Positions 1-12,488 of a stretch of DNA of 64,000 nt are shown here, one piece after another; the first letter of the stretch is position 1, and each line of letters begins with the position of its first letter. The stretch is from Anolis carolinensis (lineage: Eukaryota). The notes beneath the pieces are model-generated. The model did no database searches. It saw nothing but the letters and a program-made list of their open reading frames with translations, and was not told the origin of the DNA. The DNA is taken from NCBI RefSeq assembly GCF_035594765.1, contig NC_085843.1:264407971-264471970 (forward strand), read 5' to 3'. The translations under genes and the position numbers were made by a program.

Positions 1-2537
1 CAACTTTTAAATTCTTTTACAGTATCACTCTGTACAATATTGGCCATGTTTTGTATTTCTCTATTCATCCTTTAAGAGTAATTGTGAATAATGCTTGGGT
101 GCTACAGGGCCAAGTAGGATTTCCTTTGGGAGAACATCAAGACAAAGAATGCAGTGAAATTGCAACATAGATCTTAATAGTTGTGCTTCACTTCATTATA
201 TTCTTCCAAGTATCAGCTTGCCATGTTATGGAGTTGCCCCAGTCCCTAGAGGCTCCTCCGTGGATTTTGCTTTTTCTTATGACATAAATGGGATGTAAGC
301 AGGTGATTGAGAGATTTTGCCCATACCAGGCACTGGCTTTCTTGTGGCAAGCAGTGGTCAGGAGGTTATGGAGAACACTTCCTCTTTGTATTCCCAACAG
401 ACTTGCTTCACTGCAGATTGTATTTTGATTATTCAAACAAGCTGTGATTCCCATTCACCCACTACTACTGTCTTCTCCTCTGTTCTAGTTGAAGAACAAA
501 TTCACTTCTTTCTCCTGCCCTTACTGAGTGTTTCTAAAGGAACTATGACATCAGAAAAACACACAAAATAAATCTTCATCTACATTGTCGGTTTTGATTT
601 CACTGCACAGCAGTCTTCATCTCCTAGAAGTGTGGTGGCTGAACTGACATCTTCCTAATCAGCTGCTATCCAAGATCAAAAAGCTGCCACTTATATCCAG
701 TTTGCTTCTCTACATAGATTATTTGCAAAACAGTGACGGTATTTGCTCTAGTGGGGAAAAAACCCCAATGCAAATGATTTGAGGATTATCTGGAACTGAT
801 CATGAAGAACTGGTGAAATAGAACTAGCACTTTAAAATGATACAGTGTATTTGTGAAGGGCAAACAATAGAGCAAATACTGTTCAGGGGACAACACCAGA
901 AAAACCAAACTAATTATGAGTATTAGTCCTGAAAATAATAAAGAAGGCTCTGCAGAACTTGCTGAAAATTTAATTTTTGAAATGTTGCACAAAATTTAGA
1001 TGTGACATGGGATCCATGGGATGGGAAAGAGCATAAAGGGGTGGAGTGAACAAAATCCAGGATATTTTATGAATATGAAGGTAAAATCAAAACAAAAAGA
1101 TATGGAACCTATCAAAACTTTTCCCTCTTCTGAATGAGCTCTCAGAATGATGTTTTCTTTGCGAATGTTGTGAGATATTCTATGTCCTATATATTACATT
1201 GTATTCTTAGTTATAAAACAAATGTAAAAAGTTATAGCATATTCATTTGGATTTTATAAGAAGAGGGAGGAGGAGAACCCTAGCCATTTAAAACTCTTTC
1301 TAATTTTCCTTCTACATATTCTTTGTTGTCTAGCCAGAAATTCATCAGCTTTATTGCTTTCATCATAACTTAAGAGGAATTTATTCAACCTCTGCTTTAT
1401 TGTAAACATCTACCAAACTTTATGTTGTACAATAATGATAATTAGTTGTCAAAACAATTTGATATATTGTCAAGAGAGGATTTGATGCTTTGATTCAACT
1501 GATTACTTGTCTTCATTTGGAGTGAGCCATAAGTACATATAAAAAGTAAATCACTAACAGGTTCCAAACTAATATTTGAAGGTGCACTTTCATTAAAAGT
1601 AATGTTATATCTGTTTTATAAATGAAAATGAACAGATAATCAAACTGAAATGTATAAGTCACATTAATGTATGTAACCATCTAATGTAATGTAACCATTA
1701 GGCTTGAGCGATCCATGAAAAAATTGATTCTAAACTCGTTTCAAAAGTAGGGGGCGCCAGCGTTTCGTTTCTGATGTCATTTCCAAATTTTGCCCCCCCA
1801 AAAATTCGAAATTAACAAAAATTCGTTATTTTCTAAATTAATTCGTTAATGGCGGACGCACATGCGCAGTGGCCAAAAAAAAAACAGCACGAGGGGAGAT
1901 TTTACAGGACTCTCCCGCCCTCATTTTTTGAGTGATCTTCTTCAAACTTGGTACAGTGGTAGAACACATTTCCCTTATCCTCTGATTTTTGGCGAATTTT
2001 CATAGCTTTTATAATAAACCATTTTTTAATAATTGCAGAAATCTGTTCCTGGTTTGAAAGTCTTATTTCCTGTTTCATTGGGTTGTCTTTACTGTGAAAG
2101 TCATTGTTCTACTTCAGAAACTTTGTTTTTGTGGCTGAAACTTTGTTAAATTGGTGGACCAAACCATAATATGTTCCATCCATGTCGCTTGCACAAAGTT
2201 CAGGCAGTGTCATAGATTTTGCCATGTTTCTATGACAGAACCAATTAGGAAATGACATTTATCACCCAGGAACAGAAATCATAGTACACCATCAAATCCT
2301 TCCTGACAGATGGCCATCAGCCTCTGAATAAGGAAATTAGTTCCTGGTTTGAAAGTGCTATTTCCTGTTCCATTGGCTTTTCTGGGCTGAGAGTGTGTGA
2401 CTTGCCCAAGTGGGTGGCAGAGTGGGGAATCATGCCACAATTGGAGTCCAAAATTCAAACCTCTTCCTCCCTCCTTCTCTCTAAACTTCTCATACCTTCC
2501 AAGAATTCACATACTGTATGAAAGTTTGGTCAAGATG

Positions 2538-2983
2538 GTCAGAGGAGGGCAACTAAAATGATCTAGGGTCTGGAGAACAAGCCCTATAAGGAGTGGCTTG
2601 AAGAACTGGGCATGTTTAGCCTGCAGAAAAGAAGGCTGAGAGGAGACATGATGTATAATATGTGAGGGGAAGTCATAGAGAGGAGGGAGCAAGCTTGTTT
2701 TCTGCTGCCCTGCAGACTAGAACACTGAACAATGGCTTTAAACTACAGGAAAGGAGATTTCACCTGAACATTAGGAAGAACTTCCTCACTGTGAGCTGTT
2801 CAGCTGTGGAACTCTCTCCCCGGGCTGTGGTGGAGGTTTCTTCTTTGGAGGCTTTTAAGCAGAAGCTGGATGGCCATCTGTTGGGAGGGATTGGATGGTG
2901 TCTTCCTGCCTGGCAGAAGGGGTTGGGCTGGATGGCCCACGAGGTCTCTTCCAACTCTACTGTTCAATGACGCTATGATTCTA
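2538..2983 (+). mobile_element. CR1 LINE 3' fragment inside hAT copy 1
   Basis: Encodes degenerate CR1 ORF2 C-terminus ([18 protein letters not shown]) and ends in ...CTATGATTCTA. Highly similar to the reverse complement of 59160-59600. Confidence 0.9.
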
Positions 2984-3107
2984 AGTGAGGACAAAAGGGG
3001 GTGGGGAATGTTAAGAGGAGAGAGGGCCTGGAACACCTGGGAATTGTAGTTTGCAAGTGGGCATAGTACTATTGGAGAAACGTTTGCTTCAGCCCAATGC
3101 TTTTATA

Positions 3108-3841
3108 AATGGTCAATATTCAGAGGCTTCCTTCTCCTGCATTTTGAAAGCTATTATGATGAAATTTGCCAGAATGGAAGCAAAAATTAAGTACTCTTAG
3201 CCTATCAAGTTTCATAATGTTTGACCCATCCACTGATTTTTGGGGATTTCTGAAGCAACATTTTTTTTAAATGTTAGCAGATCGATAGCCACGCCTCCCT
3301 GTCCTTCTTCCTTCCACTTTGATTAGCTTGCTAAGGCTTCTGGGAAATGGAGTTTTTTCTCTCGTTATGGCGAATTGCTTCATTAATGGTCAATATTCAG
3401 AGGCTTCGTTCTCCTGCATTATGAAAGCTATTATGATGAAATTTGCCAGAATGGAAGCAAAAATTAAGTACTCTTTGCCTATCAAGTTTCATAATGTTTG
3501 ACCCATCCACTGATTTTTGGGGATTTCTGAAGCAACATTTTTTTAAAATGTTAGCAGATCGATAGCCACGCCTCCCTGTCCTTCTTCCTTCCACTTTGAT
3601 TGGCTTGCTAAGGCTTCTGGGAAATGGAGTTTTTTCTCTCGTTATGGCGAATTGCTTCATTAATGGTCAATATTCAGAGGCTTCGTTCTCCTGCATTATG
3701 AAAGCTATTATGATGAAATTTGCCAGAATGGAAGCAAAAATTAAGTACTCTTTGCCTATCAAGTTTCATAATGTTTGACCCATCCACTGATTTTTGGGGA
3801 TTTCTGAAGCAACATTTTTTTTAAAATGCTAGCAGATCGAT
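3108..3841. repeat. 277-bp tandem repeat, ~2.6 near-identical units, inside hAT copy 1
   Basis: AATGGTCAATATTCAGAGGC recurs at 3108, 3385 and 3662. The duplicated 60-aa ORFs at 3319 and 3596 have the same 277-bp period. Confidence 0.95.
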
Positions 3842-4227
3842 GTCCATGCCTCTCCCTCCCTCCCTCTTCCGCTCTGATTGACTGAGAGGCATGCCAACAT
3901 GGCTTCTCCTCTCAGAGGGGCTACAGCTTCATCCGAAGACATCAGAAACAAACGAAAAAAGGTACTTTTATTATTCAAATTCGTAATATTTGTAAGGGCA
4001 GTGAGCAGATGGTTCAATATTAATTCAAAATTGCTTACGAAACGAATTTTTAACGAATTTAACGAAATAACGAAAAATTTGCTCTAGCCTAGTAACCATC
4101 TTTGGATGGTTAAAATAGTCATCATTATAATGGATTGAGCCTGGAATCTAAAGCAGGATTGGGAACCTTTGCCATAGAACTGAACCACATTTTGCAGTCA
4201 AAAAGGTGTGGCAAGAGGAAGTGATCT

Positions 4228-4325
4228 GGGGTTGTTGTGTGTTTTCCGGGCTGTATGGCCATGTTCCAGAAGTATTCTCTCCTGACGTTTCGCCCACATC
4301 TATGGCAGGCATCCTCAGAGGTTGT
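4228..4325 (-). mobile_element. Short Penelope (Poseidon-type) terminal-repeat insertion
   Basis: Same sequence family as 18973-19078 and 40258-40470. Flanked by a 13-bp direct repeat GAGGAAGTGATCT (4215-4227, 4326-4338). Confidence 0.85.
4281..4321 (-). ncRNA. Minimal type I hammerhead ribozyme motif (PLE-associated)
   Basis: Minus strand reads CCU-CUGAGGA-U-GCCUGC-CAUAGAU-GUGGGC-GAAAC-GUC-AGG: CUGAnGA and GAAAC core, 6-bp stem II, GUC cleavage triplet, minimal palindromic stem III typical of PLE hammerheads. Confidence 0.75.
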
Positions 4326-4644
4326 GAGGAAGTGATCTCTATATCTTGAGCTAAAATACCCAAATTGGTACGAATTATACCTTGTAACGCCACCCATTTT
4401 GCTTGCTCTGTGCTTGGCCTTGTCATGTGTTTAGTTATACTCTCTGTTGGAATGCAACTAAGCCTCTTCCTAAATTACAAATTCCCCTCTGGATTGTAAA
4501 AACCCTTCTCCAAGTCTTACCACTGCTTGCTTAATTAAAAATAAATGCATGGCAATCTGTTGGAATTGATAAGAATGTAAAGGAAGGCAAAATCATATGG
4601 TTTGGAATCGTTTTCTCTGGTAATTGTGTGTTTTGTGGGTTTTT

Positions 4645-5322
4645 TGTATCTACCTGCATAAGTCAACCTTGTGCATAAGTTGAGGACAAGTTTTGAGGCC
4701 AAAATTATGGATTTTGGTCTGACCTGTGGATAAGTCCACCACCACCATTTTCCCATCCAGGAATTCAAAAAGGCCCTTTGCCACTTTACTCAAATAAATA
4801 AATTATTCCTTTTCTTTGGGTAAAAATTGAGGTACAATGTTAACCCTTATCAAAAAGGAACCATCCCCTTATTTGAGTAGAGTGGTGAAAGGCGAGAGCT
4901 TAGCTTGTCCCAGTAGAACCAAAAGGAAGGACAAACTTCTCAATTCCCTTTGTACTCCTTTGAGGGGAAGCACCAAAGATCTGCCATTGCTGCCACCATA
5001 TCCCACAGGTAGTGAAGGGGTCTGTGCTTTCTTCAGCTTCTTCAGGAACAGACTAATTTCTCATTTTCCTCCACTCTATTCAAGGAAGGGTTCCTTTTGT
5101 TGATAAGAGTGAATACTGTATCTTAACAAACCAGTCCCTCTCTGAGTAAAGTGGCAAATGGCTTTTTTGAATGCCTAGGTAGGAAAATGGTGGTAGCTAG
5201 AGGTGGTTCCTTTTTAAGTAAGAGTTGAGGTGAAGTGTTTTCATTGGCCTATGGATAGTTTTGGTATGTGTGTGTGTCAATTTTTGACTAGAATGTCTAG
5301 AGTTATATATGAGGATATATAG
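4645..5322. mobile_element. Old palindromic MITE (probably Tc1/mariner-pogo type)
   Basis: Internal inverted repeats: 4738-4793 pairs with 5143-5195, and ~4845-4890 pairs with ~5065-5110. Degenerate ends; boundaries approximate. Confidence 0.55.
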
Positions 5323-8300
5323 TTCCTATTTTCTGAGGCCCTTCTGGGGTGCCTCCACTGAATGAGAAAAGCTACTTGTGAAAGTCTGCTCCTTGAGAAG
5401 CTGATCTTTTTTGGCACATCTTACCCATGTACTGATCTCGCTGTCAGTTCTTTGTGATCACACTTTGTAGCCTTCTGAAAAGGTGATTTCTTCAAGTTCC
5501 TGGCCTTGTCTATTCAATCAAATGCCATTGGCTTGACTAGAGCAGTTGGATTACTATAGTTGAAACTGTAGTAATCCAACGGCTGATCAATGAAGTGTAG
5601 ACTTATATAATGCAGCTAAATGGTGTTAAACTGCATTTTGAAACTGCATTATTTGACAATGTAGATGGGGCCTGAGAGACAGAGGTAAGTGTCCCCCATA
5701 CATTGTAATACCATGCTAAAAATCCTAGCATTTTATATAAGTTACCATTGGCCCACATGCAATTTTAGCATCCTTCTTTTGAGCTGCAAATTCTCCCACT
5801 GCCGAAGAATGGATGCCACCCTTGCCATTATCATGAAATTATTTTATGATTATTCAAAGAATTCTTGAATCTTTGCTTGGTGGTAGCCAGTGAAGATTTC
5901 TATATAACATACAAACCACAGCCAGAAATCTATTCCAAATCAATATTCATACAATGATGATATGCTGTCAAACATTAGTATTATGTTGTCGTCATGCTTT
6001 TTTCCAATGATCCAGCAAAGGGGGTATGCAATTAGCAGCCGGTCATATATATTTTTAAACTTCTAATCAATGCAGAGTTTTCATCAGTTGTCATTCAGAA
6101 AAGACTTCTATCTGATTATATTTCTCAAGTACTTAGCAGATTTCATATGAATGTAATACTTATCTGATTATTTTAAATGAGAAGAATGTCTCTAGATTCT
6201 TGAATATAAAATAGCTTCATTAATTGGCATTAGCTGTTTTTGAAATGTGCCCAATTAATCCACAGTGCACAAATATTTGTAGGTCTCTTCAATTTTAATT
6301 ATCTTTAGTTTATCCTCTTTTAAATGTCAAGACTCTATGATTTATCTTGAAAATCAAACTTCAACATTAAAATTATATTGTGTTGTGACTTCCCAAAGCT
6401 ATACATCAAACACAAACTCAACAAATGTAAAATCTCTTTTAGTACCTCTTATCTCATTCATTGGGGAGGGAGGGAGGAATCCATAAAAAACCCTTACATG
6501 CGCTTAACAGCTAAAACCAAATTACTTTCTAAATCTATGCTTTCTGCTCATGGGATATCCCTGCCTTGATGTTACTCTGAAGCACTCTTGATGAGCACTT
6601 TAATAGAAGCTTATCTTATCATCTTTGATCTCCCCATATCCTTTCTTTATAGCATATTCATTCCTTCATCCTTTGCAACCAATATCTGGATGGCTTCATG
6701 CTATAATTCAAAAAGGCAAAAGCCTAAGTCTACATCCTACATTGCTCCCTGTTGTGGAAAAAGGCAGGTTGTTTTTTTTCTGTATTACATCAGACAGCAG
6801 AAACAAAAATAGGTAACTAAACACATTCCAGGTTGGCTCTGAGTTGAATACCTGGGTATTGACACAGTCATAGAGTTTTGAAACTAGGGAGACAAATTTG
6901 AATGGGACCGCACTAGGGAACCAATGTAGTAAAGTGAAACAGCAGTAGCAATAGTGGGTCAAGACCAGAGCTTGGAAAATTACTTTTCTGGATCAAAACT
7001 TTCATAACCCCTCAACCACTACGAATTATAAAATATAAGGGAATGAAAGCAAAACCTTTTTTTCTTACCTGTCAGGCAAATGCCAAGCCAGGGCTCTAGC
7101 CACCTTTTTAATTCATAGAATTTGAAGACTATTAGAAGTTATCTAGCTCAACACCCAGGAGGTACTATGCAAGTCAGAGAGAAAGAGACTTATTCCATGA
7201 CTGGCTACCTGATCCTTTTTCAAAAAGACTTTTGGTGTGCAACTATGCATATCACTAGTCTATAATGTCACTTCCTAAGTATACAAAAGTTCCATGCGGG
7301 TGTAATATGGAATAAGTTGTGGGATACAACCAGTAGTTTCCTTATAACCATATGGTGTTGTGCTATACAGGGTCCATCATAGTGTTTTGCCCAGAGAAAG
7401 GGGAATGTAAAATCTCTTTTTATTTTATTTTATTTTAAAAATGTAAGCTCTTCTTTTTGTAAAGGAAAAAAAAACTATGTCCATTATTGTTCAGAATAGT
7501 GATTTGGATAGATCAGACATTCTCATACTGAGTAAACTAAGCATGTGAGGAAGGAGAGCATCATGTGGCGAGCCTCCACAGGTCAGAGTCCAAGTTTCAA
7601 TGGAAGACATAGGAAACAATAACATAAAAATTACATCACCCCCCTTATCATACCTTTAGCATATTCAGAATTCCTGAATAGGTCTACAGTCAAATCCTAA
7701 TGTAGAATTCACTGTGGTGGCAATCATGTCTTTCTGGTCAGTTGTGGCTATGTTTTTGAAATGTCTTTCCCCCCAATGATTTTCCTCTCAAAAAGAGTGA
7801 ATGGTACAGATAGTATTTGTTGTGCCCATATGGTTGATACTGACAACCTTTAAGCATCATATCTCTTCTCTTCAATCAAGGACAAGCTTTTCATTCACAC
7901 AGGCATCTTCTTGGTTCTAGTCATAGTCATCCAGGATGCTGACTATTGTTAACATACTACTTTCTCTTGGCTAGGTCATATATTTTGTTGCCTTGTGGGA
8001 TTGCCCTAGTGGGATCTGCAAAACAGTTTTGCAGTGTGGAGTATCACTCTTTGAGATATGTCATTACCCAGCCATTCCAATTTTTTTGTGTCATTCTTAC
8101 TCTCCAGTCTGTCTTCATTCTGTGGCCACTGAAGAACCTTTCCCTTAAAGATTTCTGAAGAGCATAGTATACTCTAGGTCAGAAGCAGAAACACTAATTT
8201 CTCACATCAGAAAAGGAGAGAAGGGTCCTTTCCATTTAACTTTCTTTTCCTGTTCTTTTTAGTGTTGTTTGGCTTCTGATCTAGTTTAGCATTTGTTTTT

Positions 8301-9348
8301 TCTTAAACCACAGAGGAACAGTTCAATACAGATTCAGTGAGGTGAAATATAGCAACTCTTTTCACACAGTTCCTCCACAAAGTATAAAATGAATTTTTTA
8401 TATGACTTTTAAGGTACCCTCCCTACCCATGTACTGAACCTCACCAGATCTTTCCAGTATATCAAAGTAAGTTATGTTTATAAACTTTGTGTGGAACATT
8501 GTAAAAATATTTAAACGCTACATAATAAATAGACGTTTAGCATTTTAGCCACTGAAACAACATGGTTCTTTCTTAAATTGAATACTCTGACACTTTTAGA
8601 AGAGTAAAGAAAAGCAGGAGGATTCCCCTCCCTCTAATATGAACAGTTTTTAAAAACCTGTAGTAATTCATTATTTTTCAAATGTGACTGACCTCATTGC
8701 CCAACAAAGATACTGTTCTTTCTGTGTATAAAAATTGGCTGGTACTGTTTTCTATTTGTATTCCCTAAGAGGAAAAGAAATTTAGCCATAATAACACAAG
8801 ATTGGCTGTAAAGCCACAAAATGCTGAATTGTGCATAATGTTTAATGTCTTAAGCAATGTAATTCCTCAAACCTGTATCAACATTTAAGTGAAATTGCAA
8901 TCAGTAATGCCACCAAGAATAAAAGTTAGCCAGTTTTGAAGTCAAATCTAGTGGATTTGTAATTCTCCACTGAATTGATATTGAGTAGGTAACATTTATG
9001 ATTTTACTACTCCAACTGTTTTTGTGTCAGAACGCTTGCATTAGTGTAGAACATAGGTACATACCGAGTTGACTACCTTCACTATCACACCTCACTTCAC
9101 TTACATAACTGTGCTGCTTTCCTAATCTGTGGTCTTACAATCAGTCTTCTCCATAGCCCCAACTTCCTCATTATCCCCAACTGAACATGCCTTGTGGTTT
9201 CTTTAATTTTTTAATTATTAATATCTTTGTGCAATTTTAGCATTAAAAAAGATTGCCAATATATATTGTAAAAAAGCAAAACAATTACCATTGGAATTGG
9301 GAGGGGAGAAGGGAGAGGAGGTGAATCCTGTCTCCTGACATTATGTGA

Positions 9349-9894
9349 TTTATTTATTTATTTTATTATTATTTATTTACATCACTTTTACCCCGCCTTT
9401 CTCTCCGAGGAGACTCAAAGCGGCTTACAGTAAATGGCAAAAATTCAATGCCTAAAAACAATGTAAAAACAACAATTCATAAAAAACAATCTACAAAACA
9501 ACAGTTCATATAAAACAGATACCATTACAAAATAAAATCACATTATATAAAAATTTAAGAATGTCCAAGATTAAAATCCATTCATCCAGAATCCTCAAGT
9601 CTTCGTACAGGTCATGTAAAGTCCATGTTCTCATTCATTAAAAGCTTGCGTGCACAACCATGTCTTTAAGGCTTTCCTGAAGCCTAGGAGAGTTGGTATC
9701 TGCCGTATGTTGCTGGGGAGGGTGTTCCACAGCCAAGGAGCCACCACCGAGAAGGCCCTGTCCCTCGTTCCCACCAGCCTTACCTGCGAGGCTGGTGGGA
9801 CTGAGAGCAGGGCCTCCCCTGATGATCTAAGAGTTCTAGAAGGCTCATAGGGGGAGATACGTTCGGACAGGTAAGATGGGCCAGAACCATTTAG
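9349..9894 (-). mobile_element. L2 LINE 3' end
   Basis: (TTTA)n tail, then CCCCGCCTTTCTC...GACTCAAAGCGGCTTACA stem. Minus strand encodes GTRDRAFSVVAPWLWNTLP (L2 ORF2 C-terminus). Confidence 0.88.
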
Positions 9895-10211
9895 GTGATG
9901 GACAGCATGTGCTCTAAGGTAGGTAATGGGAGCATAGTGGAAGCTAAGCTAAGAATGAGAGAAGCATAGAGCAGTGTGGAAAGCAAACCAATAGTAGGAT
10001 GCTAATGGCATTGTGAGATAGCCATTAACAGAAGTGATAGTCCAATTGTAATGCTGATTTACCTGCCTTGTGTGATAAAGACCTTAGAAATAGTTCATTG
10101 GCATTTAAACTCATATGTGTTCTTTGCTTCCTGAAATGTGGGAAGCAACCACCGTAGATCAAACCGTATGGTTGAAATTCAATCTGATACATTCTGATTC
10201 TGAAGTACATA

Positions 10212-10534
10212 CAGTAGAGTCTCACTTATCCAACATAAATGGGCCGGCAGAATGTTGGATAAGTGAATATGTTGGATAATAAGGAGGCATTAAGGAAAAG
10301 TCTATTAAACATCAAATTAGGTTATGATTTTACAAATGAAGCACCAAAACATCATGTTAGACAACAAATTTGGCAGAAAAAGTAGTTCAATATGCAGTAA
10401 TGCTATGTAGTAATTACTGTATTTATGAATTTAGCACCAAAATATCACGATATATTGAAAACATTGACTACAAAAATGCGTTGGATAATCCAGAACGTTG
10501 GATAAGCGAGTGTTGGATAAGTGAGACTCTACTG
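10212..10534. mobile_element. Tc1/mariner (Tigger-like) MITE
   Basis: Perfect 23-bp TIR CAGTAGAGTCTCACTTATCCAAC, TA on both sides, internal GTTGGATAA repeats. Confidence 0.93.
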
Positions 10535-11733
10535 TACCACTGTGTGCACCTACTATATGCTGAGAAAACTTGGTGTAAAGACCTAAACAGGGAAAAACCT
10601 GCATAGTGACCACCAGACCTATGCTTTTGGTTTCCCAGAGAGACAACTGAAAAGTATATCTTGAATAATCATTTGTAATTTTCACTAAACAAGTATTTAT
10701 TTCATTCATAGCTGAACTCCATCCAAATTATATAAAATGCAGTTTATTGGACCTTAAGTGCTCTAGACCTTTGGCTTGCAAAGTACTAGGTGCCTTGCTC
10801 CATTAGTACATTTGATGTCCCTAGAAAGTCTGTTCCATGAACTGGAAAGAAGCTTCTTGATCTGAAATGGAAGGAATTCAGAATGTTTTATATGGATTTG
10901 GCTGCAAGGGTGGCTGTTCCTCTGTCTGTATGAGGCCTTGGTTTCTTACCCCAAGGACCCCAAACCATTCTGCTTAAATGAGCCAAAGGCATTAAGCCCC
11001 TATTTTAAAATGCAGCAATTACACAAGGAAAGGATGATGAATAATGCATGAAAATAAGTATACTAAATTAAAACACTTCAGATAAGATGGAGGCCCATTT
11101 GTGGTATGTGTGTTGGAGTGCTCTTTGATTCTTCAAGCACTGATAACGTTGCCATTCCACATCCATAATACAGGATGAAATCTGTTACACATTTTAGGGC
11201 ATTTATTTGAAACTTTTGCTTTCCATTTTTATGTTCTGAAGAATCATTCTTGTTTTCTTATTTTTGCAGGGGCTTATGGGTAATTTGGAAATATCACAAA
11301 GCTTTAATTGTATAGCTTGAGACTTCCTGGATACTAATTCCATAGTATTATGGGTCTTCCTACCAATCTTAACCCTCAACTTCACTTTAATTTGTAGAAA
11401 ATCTAATAATCTGACATGGAACTATAAGTGATTTATTGCATGTGTTAGTGATCTTAATAGGACACATCAAATCATATTACATTGAAGGCTCTTGGAAATA
11501 AATGAGGAACAATGGAACAAGAAGTCAGAAGCATCAATTATAATGAGAAAAAATAAAGTGCACTAATACTGGAGCTTGCAAAAGTTACTTTTTGGATTAT
11601 AACTTCCAAAAGTTAGTAACTGGTGAACCTGGGATTTACACGTTAAAAAGGTAATGTTTGCTTGAAATAAAATTAAAGAGAATAATATATCACATCCTTT
11701 CCAATATCTGAATATAATATAATAATAATAATA

Positions 11734-11997
11734 AAGACTCTGGCACAAGCCAGTCAAGGTGGTCCCAGTGGTGATCGGCACACTGGGTGCAGTACCTAAA
11801 GACCTTGGCCTGCACTTAAACACAATCGGCGCTGACAAAATTAACACTTGCCAGCTGCAGAAGGCCACCTTACTGGGATCTGTGAGCATTATTTGCCAAT
11901 ACATCACACAGTCCTATACACTTGGGAAGTGTCCGACATGTGATCCAATACAACAGCCAGTAGACTGTCTGCTGTGGACTCATCTTGTTGTGTTTCA
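11734..11997 (+). mobile_element. R4/Dong-clade non-LTR retrotransposon 3' end in a (TAA)n array
   Basis: Encodes VVPVVIGTLGAVPK...CQLQKATLLGS (end of the RLE endonuclease domain). TAA repeats on both sides. Homologous to 36556-36947. Confidence 0.85.
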
Positions 11998-12047
11998 AAT
12001 AATAATAACAACAACAATAACAACAACAACTACTACTAGTAGTACTA

Positions 12048-12488
12048 CTTTATTTTTGCATCCCGCCTCCATCTCCCCAAAGGGACTTGGAGTGGCTCAC
12101 ATGGGGACAAGCCCAACAACACAAGTTAAAACATAGAACAATCAATTAAAAACATTATAACTATATAAAACAATAAAACACATCAACAGAATGAAAACCA
12201 AGACAATAATAATAACCAAACATTCAGAGGGTAAAAATTTGTAGAACTCTGGATAGGGCTCCTAGGAGGTATAAGGGTGATCAAAAATAGGGGCGGAGGA
12301 GCAATCTTAATAAACACTAAAACCATAAAGGGTAAAGAACAGTGATAAAGTGCAATAACTGATAATGAGACATAAGTGGGCTGAGTATCTGGTGGGACTG
12401 CTTACTCAAAAGCACACCGGAACATGCACATCTTTAAGTCTTTGCGAAAGGTGGACAGGGTAGGTGCCAGTCTGATCTCCCTGGGGAT
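12048..12488 (-). mobile_element. L2 LINE 3' end
   Basis: L2-type tail stem (TCCCGCCTCCATCTCCCC...GGGACTTGGAGTGGCTCACA) and degenerate ORF2 C-terminus near 12400-12488. Confidence 0.7.

Larger units (their letters stand above)
1699..4091. mobile_element. Composite non-autonomous hAT DNA transposon (copy 1)
   Basis: Ends TAGGCTTGAGC / GCTCTAGCCTA (11-bp TIR, 1 mismatch). Perfect 8-bp TSD GTAACCAT at 1691-1698 and 4092-4099. Subterminal AACGAA/TTCGTT repeats. Left ~460 bp near-identical to 34398-34885. No transposase ORF. Confidence 0.9.

Noticed and set aside
3319-3778. Duplicated 60-aa ORFs as tandem small genes or a CRISPR-like array
   Set aside because: By-product of the 277-bp tandem repeat: TTG starts, no unique spacers, eukaryotic context.
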